Assembly: GCF_001458695.1 (NCBI RefSeq)
Contig: NZ_LN885086.1
Coordinates: 3,030,001-3,062,000, forward strand
Direction of reading: 5' to 3'
Origin: Candidatus Nitrospira inopinata
GTDB taxonomy: Bacteria; Nitrospirota; Nitrospiria; Nitrospirales; Nitrospiraceae
Length of the DNA: 32,000 nt
Each line of letters begins with the position of its first letter. The first letter of the stretch is position 1. Below the pieces are notes generated by a model. It had not been told where the DNA came from. It was given only the letters and a program-made list of their open reading frames with translations, and ran no database searches. Made by a program: the position numbers and the translations under genes. Of the stretch, positions 19,206 through 27,039 are shown piece by piece.

Positions 19206-20624
19206 ATGGATCATACCGACCGATCGAACGCTCCTTACGACGGATCGGCGCTCATCGCCGATCCCATCCACCGCTACCTCTCGTTCACCGTTCCCTATGC
19301 CGAGCCCGACCCCTCCGAGCGAACCGAGAAGGATTTGATCGATTCGCCGTGGGTCCAGCGGCTCCGATACATTTACCAGTTGCAGAGCGCGCGTTGGGTG
19401 TATCCGTCGGCCGAGCACAGCCGGTTCGTCCATTCTCTCGGCACCATGCACGTGGCCGGACGATTCGCCCGCCATCTCTATCCGTTTCTCAAAAAAGTCG
19501 TCCCGGACGTTCCCTCGGCCAACTACGTCGAAGAAGTGCTGCGCGTCACCGCCCTGGTTCACGACATCGGCCACGGCCCCTTTTGCCATTTCTTCGACGA
19601 GAACTATCTCCATCTTTTCGACCTGACCCACGAACGACTGGGACAGATCATCATCCGCGAGCATTTAGGGCCTATCATCAGAAAAATCCGCCGCAGCCCG
19701 TCCGGCCCCTTCGCCAAGGGGGAGGAGCTGGACCCGGATCAAATCGCGCATCTGATTCTCAAAGAAAAAAGCAAGGACAACTCCCGCCTTCCCCGCTGGC
19801 TCGATCTCCTGCAGCCCGTCATCTCCGGCGCCTACACGGGAGACAACCTCGATTATGTCCTGCGGGACTCCTACATGTGCGGAGTGGCCGTCGGTCCGGT
19901 CGACCTCACCAGGCTCATTCACTATACGATCATGACCGACAAAGGTTTCACGATCCATAAAACCGGCCTGCCGGCCCTTCAAATGTTTCTGAACACCCGC
20001 ATGTACCTCTACTCCAACGTGTATTTTCACCGCACGACCAGAGCCATTGACATTCACCTGCGCGACATCTTCGGCGAGACAATGAAACTCTTGTTTCCCT
20101 ACGATCCGCGCAAACACATGGACAAGTATCGGTCGCTCACGGATTGGTCCCTCCTGGAAGAAGTCCGATCCTGGCGACGCACCGGAGTCAAGGCCCGCCG
20201 AAGACTCGGCGAGGAATGGGGTCGGATCTTGGACCGGGACGTGAAGTGGAAAATGGCCTACAGCACGTCGCTCAAGGAAAAGGGAGAGGCGCGCGGCATG
20301 GCGTTTCCCGGCCACCGGCACTTCGCGCAGCAGATCGCCAAGGAGTTGCCGAAGGAGCTGCGGAACGTGGAGTTTCGCGTGGACATGGCCCCGCTTGATC
20401 CAAGGCCGGATCCCAAAGATCAACGCGGTCGTCCGCTGTATGTGTATGATCCGGGAACCAAGCAGGTGTCAACCGAACCTTTGGAGGAATTTCTGGATCT
20501 GTTGCCGACCAGGCTCGTCCAATTTCGGGTTTATTCACTCGATCATACCCACGACGCGGCGCTTTCCCGAGCGGCGGCGGCCGTCCTGAACAAGGCGCCG
20601 TCCAGCATCGAGTCCAGCTACTAG
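19206..20624 (+). CDS. HD-domain phosphohydrolase (COG1078 / SAMHD1-like dNTP triphosphohydrolase family)
   Basis: 472 aa with HSRFVHSLGTMHVA, ALVHDIGHGPFCHFFD and DNLDYVLRDSYMCGV motifs. Confidence 0.85.
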   Translation: MDHTDRSNAPYDGSALIADPIHRYLSFTVPYAEPDPSERTEKDLIDSPWVQRLRYIYQLQSARWVYPSAEHSRFVHSLGTMHVAGRFARHLYPFLKKVVPDVPSANYVEEVLRVTALVHDIGHGPFCHFFDENYLHLFDLTHERLGQIIIREHLGPIIRKIRRSPSGPFAKGEELDPDQIAHLILKEKSKDNSRLPRWLDLLQPVISGAYTGDNLDYVLRDSYMCGVAVGPVDLTRLIHYTIMTDKGFTIHKTGLPALQMFLNTRMYLYSNVYFHRTTRAIDIHLRDIFGETMKLLFPYDPRKHMDKYRSLTDWSLLEEVRSWRRTGVKARRRLGEEWGRILDRDVKWKMAYSTSLKEKGEARGMAFPGHRHFAQQIAKELPKELRNVEFRVDMAPLDPRPDPKDQRGRPLYVYDPGTKQVSTEPLEEFLDLLPTRLVQFRVYSLDHTHDAALSRAAAAVLNKAPSSIESSY

Positions 20625-20634
20625 CGCTCGCGGA

Positions 20635-21399
20635 TTACGCCGCCGCGTTGACCTGTCGATTCTTGAGCAACAGGGCCTTTCGCGTCTTCATCACGTTGCG
20701 CTGCTCCTTGGTCGGAAAATGGATTCCCCGTTTCGTGGCGGGGAATCGCGCTTCAAATCGCTCGATCACCGCCAGCGCGCCGGCTCCGTCTCCCGAGCGG
20801 GCCAAGAGCCTCGTCAAGCGAAGATAGGCTGGAACCAACAGGAGGAGATGGCGGATTTCCTTGGCCTCGTCGATGACGCACCGATAGCCGGAAACCGATA
20901 TGGCCTGGTTGATGCTTTCATAACAGACCGCCTCCAGCATGCGAACCACGACGCGATCCGTCTCGGCGCTGATGCTGGTTTCCCATTGTCCGTTCACCAA
21001 GGCGCGCAGCTCTTCCGCCGACAACTGGATCCAGCCCTTTTTGGCGTTGGCTCGAAGCCGGTGCACGACGGATCGCGCCTCCAACCATGCTCCATACAGC
21101 CCGACCAGCGCGCCGAGACAGGGAATCGGCCGTCGGCATTTTTCCGGCAACGGCGAAAACCCCTTTTTTACGATATAGGACGGCAGAAACACCCGCCCGT
21201 GCGCGGCCGAGCACACCTCGCACACGTCGTCGTCTTCCGGGACGACGTAGAGGTACATGCGGATACCGGAGCGATCGAAAATATCAATGGCCAGAATTCG
21301 TCCCGCCATGATCTGCATTTGATAGAACTGCCACACGACCAGCAGCCCCAGGATGGCCACCAGGTAGATCGTGACGTCGGGAAATTCGAGATCGAGCAT
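20635..21399 (-). CDS. Hypothetical membrane-anchored protein with a CxxC...CxxxxC motif
   Basis: 254 aa with an N-terminal TM helix (VTIYLVAILGLLVVWQFYQMQIM), then DDDVCEVCSAAHGRVF...PEKCRRPIPC, then a helical C-terminal region. I recognise no family. Confidence 0.6.
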   Translation of the reverse strand: MLDLEFPDVTIYLVAILGLLVVWQFYQMQIMAGRILAIDIFDRSGIRMYLYVVPEDDDVCEVCSAAHGRVFLPSYIVKKGFSPLPEKCRRPIPCLGALVGLYGAWLEARSVVHRLRANAKKGWIQLSAEELRALVNGQWETSISAETDRVVVRMLEAVCYESINQAISVSGYRCVIDEAKEIRHLLLLVPAYLRLTRLLARSGDGAGALAVIERFEARFPATKRGIHFPTKEQRNVMKTRKALLLKNRQVNAAA

Positions 21400-21820
21400 A
21401 GAGCCCCGGCTTCTGTTGCGGATCGCTGTCCGAGAATACCAGCCCTCTTTTCTCTCGCCTAGAAATTTTTGTTCCCGCGCTCGTTAAAGAACCGCCTTGT
21501 CTGATGAATTTTACCGAGCAAAAGCGATGCCCCTTTTGTGGGATCCTTTTCAGAAATTGGTTCAACCGTTCACTGTTTCAGCAAGCTCCCCTCTTTCGGC
21601 AAGGCAAAACCGGGAAAGTAGCGCAGGTTCTCGCGCGCCGCGCGCATCGCATCCACGTGCTCGGCAACGTCACTCCCGACTCTATCCCTGCGAGGAGGCA
21701 AGGCGCTTCCTTCACCCAGAGTCTCCGACAAAATTTTTCTTTGTATTTTCTCTGCGGAATTTGGTAGATAGTTGACCCGGCGCCTGCTTGACGAGTGGTG
21801 AGGGAGGGGGAGGTCCTATT

Positions 21821-21854
21821 CGCCGCACTCATCAAGTGCAGCGGTTTCTTTTCC
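21821..21854 (+). terminator. Terminator-like hairpin in the nirK upstream leader
   Basis: CGCCGCACT (21821-21829), loop CATCA, AGTGCAGCG (21835-21843): 8 of 9 pairs with one C/A mismatch. Followed by GTTTCTTTTCC, and ends 26 nt before the nirK ATG. Confidence 0.4.
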
Positions 21855-21879
21855 ATAAAAAATCCAAAGGGAGGCTACT

Positions 21880-22833
21880 ATGCAGAGGTTTCGTGTGCTC
21901 ACATTAACGCTCGGGCTTGGCGTCCTCTTCGGAGCCAGCGGATGTATCACGATGCCGGCATCTGCCGGGGCAAAGGTTCATGACGTCACGTTCACGGCGA
22001 CCGAATCGGAAATCGTCATCGACGGCAACGGGACGAAGTACAAGGCCTGGACGTTTAACGGTCAAATGCCGGGCCCGGTTGTTCGGGTCACGCAGGGCGA
22101 TACCGTCAACTTCACCTTGATCGGCCACAAGGACAACGCTTTTCCGCATTCAATGGACTTCCATGCGGCCGAGCTCGACTTCTTGAAAAACTACCACAAG
22201 ACGGTCGGACCGGGCGAGACACATAAATTCTCCTTCGTGGCGAAGAAACCCGGCGTGTTTTTCTACCATTGCGGCGCGAGCCCCATGATCCAGCACGTCG
22301 CCCGCGGCATGTTCGGCGCCATCATCGTCGACCCCAAAGATTCGAGCGTGTGGCCCAAAGCCGATCGAGAATTCGTGTTGGTGCAGTCCGAGCTGTGGAA
22401 GAATCCTGACAACGTCCAGGCCATGTTTGACCGGAAGTGGGACCATACGGTCTTCAACGGCGGCATCTTTAAATACCATCCGTTCTTTCCCGGCGGAGAA
22501 CCGCTGGAAGTCAAGGTCGGCGAGCGGGTACGAATCTACTTTGTGAACGCCGGCCCCAATGAATTCTCGGCGCTCCATCCCATCGCGGAAATCTGGGACG
22601 CCGTCTATGAAAGCGGCAATCCTTCAAACAAGTTCATCGGAGTTCAGACTTATGTCGTCGGGCCAGGCAGCGCGGCCACCTTCGACATGATCGCCGATGA
22701 GCCGGGAGCCTATCCCGTCGTGACCCACTCCTTGACCGGGGCCCTCCGGGGTGCCATCGCGGTGGTGGTCGCCAACAAGAATCCCAAGGACTATAAAGGT
22801 CAGTTGATGCCAAACACCCCTTGGAACCCGTAA
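21880..22833 (+). CDS. nirK: Copper-containing nitrite reductase (NO-forming), probable lipoprotein
   Basis: 317 aa with a lipobox-like signal LGVLFGASGC. Cu-ligand motifs: HSMDFHAAE (T1 His, catalytic Asp, T2 His), YHCGASPMIQHVARGM (T2 His, T1 Cys, His, Met), SALHPIAEIWDAVYESG (active-site His) and VVTHSL (third T2 His). AGGGAGG RBS. Confidence 0.88.
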   Translation: MQRFRVLTLTLGLGVLFGASGCITMPASAGAKVHDVTFTATESEIVIDGNGTKYKAWTFNGQMPGPVVRVTQGDTVNFTLIGHKDNAFPHSMDFHAAELDFLKNYHKTVGPGETHKFSFVAKKPGVFFYHCGASPMIQHVARGMFGAIIVDPKDSSVWPKADREFVLVQSELWKNPDNVQAMFDRKWDHTVFNGGIFKYHPFFPGGEPLEVKVGERVRIYFVNAGPNEFSALHPIAEIWDAVYESGNPSNKFIGVQTYVVGPGSAATFDMIADEPGAYPVVTHSLTGALRGAIAVVVANKNPKDYKGQLMPNTPWNP

Positions 22834-22891
22834 CCAGTGATCGGGGGAGAAAAATTCGTCAGTTCATCACTCACACAAAGGAGCAGACGAT

Positions 22892-23335
22892 ATGAAATGG
22901 AGCAAGAAAATAGTATGCGCGACCGTCGCGGCCGCATCTTTCTGGGCCTTTAGTGGCGCCGCATCTTATGCCGCGGAGCAATCGCTCTACGAGCGACTGG
23001 GCGGAGTGGGTGCCATCCAGGCCGTCGTCACCAAGTTCATCAACAACGTGGGAGGAGATGCTCGGATCAACGGCTATTTCAAAAACGCCGACCTGAAACA
23101 GCTCAACAAACACCTCGTGAATCAGGTTTGCCAAGCCACCGGCGGGCCTTGCACCTATGAAGGTCGGGATATGAAAACGACCCATAAGGGCATGAAAATA
23201 ACGACGGCCGCGTTCAACGCCCTGGTGGAAGATCTGGTTGCCGCATTGGATACCTTCAACGTGCCGGAGAAAGAAAAGGGTGAACTGCTCGCGATCCTGG
23301 GACCGATGAAAGCGGATATCGTCGAAGTCCCTTAA
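22892..23335 (+). CDS. Group-I truncated hemoglobin (trHbN-like) with N-terminal Sec-type signal peptide
   Basis: [27 protein letters not shown] then [22 protein letters not shown]...[26 protein letters not shown], which is colinear with 2-on-2 globins including the proximal His. AAGGAG RBS. Confidence 0.85.
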   Translation: MKWSKKIVCATVAAASFWAFSGAASYAAEQSLYERLGGVGAIQAVVTKFINNVGGDARINGYFKNADLKQLNKHLVNQVCQATGGPCTYEGRDMKTTHKGMKITTAAFNALVEDLVAALDTFNVPEKEKGELLAILGPMKADIVEVP

Positions 23336-23382
23336 TAGGGGTAGGAGAGGGCTAAAAGCCATTTCGCTGGGTGGAAGTTCAT

Positions 23383-23412
23383 GGGGGCAAAACCTGAAGG
23401 GGTTTTGCCCCC
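23383..23412 (+). terminator. Hairpin downstream of the truncated hemoglobin gene
   Basis: GGGGGCAAAACC (23383-23394), loop TGAAGG, GGTTTTGCCCCC (23401-23412): a perfect 12-bp stem. The downstream T-tract is weak (TGTGAATTTCT). Confidence 0.5.
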
Positions 23413-23600
23413 TGTGAATTTCTGAACCGATCGTTTCATGAACCCCAAGCCGCCTCGATTTCATCGTTCCCTACGGAACACCAACCCTGCAACTTCAAAC
23501 AACATCGTGTTATCATAGGTGCGCGACCTGCGCCTCTAACCAAGCGGCGCAAAGAAGTGTCCGGTCATCACATGAGTAGTCATTATCAAGAGGAGGAGTC

Positions 23601-24059
23601 ATGAAAGGGAAGTATTGGGCCGTCGCAGCGTGCAGCCTCGTCACCGTCGCCTTGTGGAGTACAGTCAGTTGGTCAGGCCCCGAGTCCGACCCGTTGAAGC
23701 CGCGTGTCCCTGATGCCGAGCGAGGTGAGGCGCGAAAAATGAAAAGTCCCCTCACCGTGACACCGGACGTGCTCGCCAAGGGACAGGAGCTCTACGAGGG
23801 GAAAGGCACCTGCGCGAACTGTCACGGCCAGACCGGAGCCGGGGACGGGCCAGGGGGAATGTTGCTGACACCCGGTCCCCGCAACTTTACAAACTGTAAG
23901 TTCCACAAAAAACGGAACGATGGAGAGTTGTTCTGGGTCATCAAGAACGGAAGCCCGGGCACCGGCATGCCGGCTCTTGTGAAGGGAGGCATTCTGACCG
24001 AGGAAGAGGCATGGGCGATCGTCGCGTATGAGCGGACCTTCTGCAAGGACACGGAATAA
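23601..24059 (+). CDS. Secreted class-I c-type cytochrome
   Basis: 152 aa with a signal peptide (MKGKYWAVAACSLVTVALWSTVSWS), a single CANCH heme-binding motif and a distal Met in GSPGTGMPAL. GAGGAGG RBS. Confidence 0.85.
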   Translation: MKGKYWAVAACSLVTVALWSTVSWSGPESDPLKPRVPDAERGEARKMKSPLTVTPDVLAKGQELYEGKGTCANCHGQTGAGDGPGGMLLTPGPRNFTNCKFHKKRNDGELFWVIKNGSPGTGMPALVKGGILTEEEAWAIVAYERTFCKDTE

Positions 24060-24089
24060 CCGATAAAGAATTCTCGCGATCCCCCCAGC

Positions 24090-24130
24090 GAGCTGCCGGT
24101 CAACAATAGCGACCGGCAGCTCGTCTTTTT
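24090..24130 (+). terminator. Rho-independent terminator after the cytochrome c gene
   Basis: GAGCTGCCGGTC (24090-24101), 9-nt loop, GACCGGCAGCTC (24111-24122): a perfect 12-bp stem followed by GTCTTTTT. Confidence 0.8.
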
Positions 24131-24253
24131 GCCATCAGGAGATCGATCCCCTTCTCATGACGCGACCCCACACAATGTATCTCTCGGTTTAACCGGTCCT
24201 CTTTTTTCTTCAGAGAGAGAGGAGTAGGCTGTAGGGCACAGCCTCCGCAAGAC

Positions 24254-25615
24254 ATGAATCGGGGCAAGGATTGCGCAGTGAACTCTACGACTATCCTGCT
24301 CATCTCGGAGAATACCGACACCATACGGCTTCTTGAAACCACCGCTCCTGCGTCAAGCACCATCCTGACAGCCCTGACCATCGTCGACGGGATCCGTCTC
24401 TGGCAAGCAGCCGGCCCGACTTTGGTCATTTGCGAAGGAACTCCTCAGTCCGTTAAGCCGGTGCTGGACTTCGTGCGGCACACGGTCCCACCCGTCCCTG
24501 TTCTCGTCATCGGCGAGCGCCAGTCGATCAAAGACGCCGTCGATATCATGCGGGGCGGGGCGGCCGATTATCTTGCAAAACCGGTTTCCTGTGAAGAGCT
24601 GCAAACCGCCGTCTCTCGATTGCTTTCGCAATCGCTCGTCAATCTCCCATCTCCTCCGCAAGACCGCTTCGCCCAGATTGTCAGCATGTCTCCACAGATG
24701 AATTTAATCAAACAACTCGCGAAAGAAGTGGCCGCGACCGACGCGACCGTTCTGATTACCGGAGAAAGCGGAACCGGGAAGGAACTCTTCGCGCAGGCCA
24801 TCCATGCCGCAAGTTCCCGGGCAAGAGGGCCTCTGATCGCCCTTAATTGCGCCGGCATTCCCGAGCCGCTGTTGGAAGCGGAACTGTTCGGCTACCAGCA
24901 AGGAGCCTTCACCGACGCCAAACACTCCAAGCCGGGTCGTTTCCAACTGGCCGAGGGCGGCACCCTTTTTTTAGATGAAATCGGAGAGATGAGCGCGACG
25001 GCTCAAGCCAAACTCCTGCGCGTCCTGGAGGACCATGTCGTCGATCCCTTGGGAGCCACCAGAGGCCACCAGGTGGACATTCGCATCATCGCCGCGACAA
25101 ACGAAGATCTCCCGGCTCATATCAAAGCAGGACGGTTCCGACTTGATCTCTATTACCGGCTCAATGTCTATCAACTGCGCATCCCCCCCCTTCGCGAGCG
25201 ACCGGAGGATATTGAAGCCATTCTCATGGTCTTTCTGGAGCGAGCGCGAAGAGAACGGGGCTGTCCCATTCGGACAATCGCTCCCGACGCCTTGGCCCTG
25301 CTGAAACGTCACGACTGGCCAGGCAACGTTCGCGAGCTGCACAATGTGGTGGAATGGCTCACCATCACCTGTAAACATCCGACCATTCAGCCGGAACATC
25401 TTCCGCCATCAATTCGGGCCATGCCGGTTCAGAGCGGATCGCAGAGTGAACGCAGACATTCTCTCCTGGACCTAGGCCTGTCGCTCGAAGAGTTGGAAAA
25501 ACGACTGCTTGAAGAAGCGTTGGAAAGGGCGGGAGGCAATGTGTCGGAAGCCGCCCGTCTTTTGAAGATCAGTCGCAATACGCTTCGTTATCGAATGGCA
25601 AAGCACCGCCTTTGA
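24254..25615 (+). CDS. Sigma-54-dependent transcriptional activator (NtrC family) with atypical receiver domain
   Basis: 453 aa: a receiver-like N-terminus, an AAA+ core (Walker A GESGTGKE, GAFTDA loop, Walker B GGTLFLDEIGE, RLNVYQLRIPPLRERPEDI) and a C-terminal Fis-type HTH (GNVSEAARLLKISRNTLRYRM). A GTG at 24278 with AAGGA upstream is an alternative start. Confidence 0.9.
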   Translation: MNRGKDCAVNSTTILLISENTDTIRLLETTAPASSTILTALTIVDGIRLWQAAGPTLVICEGTPQSVKPVLDFVRHTVPPVPVLVIGERQSIKDAVDIMRGGAADYLAKPVSCEELQTAVSRLLSQSLVNLPSPPQDRFAQIVSMSPQMNLIKQLAKEVAATDATVLITGESGTGKELFAQAIHAASSRARGPLIALNCAGIPEPLLEAELFGYQQGAFTDAKHSKPGRFQLAEGGTLFLDEIGEMSATAQAKLLRVLEDHVVDPLGATRGHQVDIRIIAATNEDLPAHIKAGRFRLDLYYRLNVYQLRIPPLRERPEDIEAILMVFLERARRERGCPIRTIAPDALALLKRHDWPGNVRELHNVVEWLTITCKHPTIQPEHLPPSIRAMPVQSGSQSERRHSLLDLGLSLEELEKRLLEEALERAGGNVSEAARLLKISRNTLRYRMAKHRL

Positions 25616-25755
25616 TAAACGGCGAAGGTTAGATCGTCGTCAAGCGCATTGGGAAAGACATCTTACCATTTACCTTCCCTCCGACAAGTTTTTTCGGATC
25701 GACATCTTAAGTAAAAGCGAAGGCCTTCCGATAGAGCTAGGCACCAACTCTCTGG

Positions 25756-27039
25756 GTGATACCAATGCCCAAACGAACTATTCCAATTGCTCGCCTTAAG
25801 GTGGGCATGTACATCTCGGGGCTTGATCGCTCCTGGCTTCACACCCCGTTTCTCCGTCATAGTTTTCCGATCAAGAGCGAGCAGGAAATCGCGGCGTTGC
25901 GAAAATCCGGCGTCGCCACGGTCGTCATCGACACCGACTTGGGCAGGGACGTGCAGGATGAACACACGGCGTCCAAAACCGTTCCCCCTCCCCAACCAGA
26001 TCCTGCACCCCATGTCACCGACACCACCGCCGCTGACGACCAGCCCACCCAAGCCCCAAGGGAGGCGGAGCCTTTGCCGGCGCGACCGTCTCCCCTTCAA
26101 CTGGCCGCCCACTTCTCGGAAGCAAGGCAGCAGCGCGAGCAATGGCTTGCCCGGGCGAAGGCCCTTTTTGAAAAGACACGCGCAACGGATATCATCGAGG
26201 CTCGTGACGCTCAAGCCATTGTTGATGATGTCCTGAAAACCGTACTCGAGCGACAAGCCGCATGCCTCGCCGTCCTGGGTCTCGGACAACTTGATGCAAC
26301 CTTGCAAGAACATGGGCTTACCGTATGCACTCTCGCCCTCATTCTCGGTAAATCCCTCAATTTCTCAGACGACCGGCTGAACCAACTCGGCCTGGGGGCC
26401 CTGCTGCATGACATCGGTCTGACCAAACTGCCACGCCACATGATCAAACGATCAAAGACCATGACTCCCGCTCAACAGGCGCTCTATCAAACTCACACGG
26501 AAGAAGGCCTTAGAATCTTGCAAAAAAGCTGGCTTGCGGCACCAGATCTTCTCTTGATGATCAGCCATCACCATCAATTTGAAAAGCCGACCGAGACCGC
26601 CCCCGACTCGGCGTCCGACACCGACCCCGTCAACCTGATCAGCGTCATCGACCAATACGACGAACTCCTGAGCGGTCAAACAGGCCTCCCGCCCATGTCG
26701 TCGAGCCAAGCCTTGTCTCACCTCTATCAGCGCTCTCAGACTCACGCCGAATGGCGGACTCTTGTCTCATCGCTGATCAGGGTCATCGGCATCTATCCAC
26801 TGTACAGCGTCGTTTCCCTGACCAGTGACGAGGTGGGCGTCGTCGCCGCCATCACCCCAGGAAAGGCTCACCTGCCCTACCTGTATCTCTGTCGAGACAA
26901 ATTCCAGCGACCTTGCATTCCACCCAAACCGCTCGACTTAGCCCAAGAACCTGAAGGCAGCCGCCGGGTGAAAGAACTGCTGGATCCTCGGCGGTGCGGC
27001 GTCAATATCGAACAGGTGCTCGAACAGGCTGCGGCATGA
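25756..27039 (+). CDS. DUF3391 plus HD-GYP-like domain protein (GYP motif absent)
   Basis: The N-terminus IPIARLKVGMYISGLDRSWLHTPFL is typical of DUF3391. It is followed by a Pro/Thr/Asp-rich linker and an HD domain with LGALLHDIGLTKLP, ISHHHQFEK and VIDQYDELLSG. An ATG at 25765 is an alternative start. Confidence 0.8.
   Translation: MIPMPKRTIPIARLKVGMYISGLDRSWLHTPFLRHSFPIKSEQEIAALRKSGVATVVIDTDLGRDVQDEHTASKTVPPPQPDPAPHVTDTTAADDQPTQAPREAEPLPARPSPLQLAAHFSEARQQREQWLARAKALFEKTRATDIIEARDAQAIVDDVLKTVLERQAACLAVLGLGQLDATLQEHGLTVCTLALILGKSLNFSDDRLNQLGLGALLHDIGLTKLPRHMIKRSKTMTPAQQALYQTHTEEGLRILQKSWLAAPDLLLMISHHHQFEKPTETAPDSASDTDPVNLISVIDQYDELLSGQTGLPPMSSSQALSHLYQRSQTHAEWRTLVSSLIRVIGIYPLYSVVSLTSDEVGVVAAITPGKAHLPYLYLCRDKFQRPCIPPKPLDLAQEPEGSRRVKELLDPRRCGVNIEQVLEQAAA

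Noticed and set aside
21504-21856. ORFs in the nirK upstream region (21504-21767 +, 21497-21775 +, 21578-21856 -)
   Set aside because: They have no RBS, atypical composition and mutually overlapping frames. The region is better explained as a regulatory leader.
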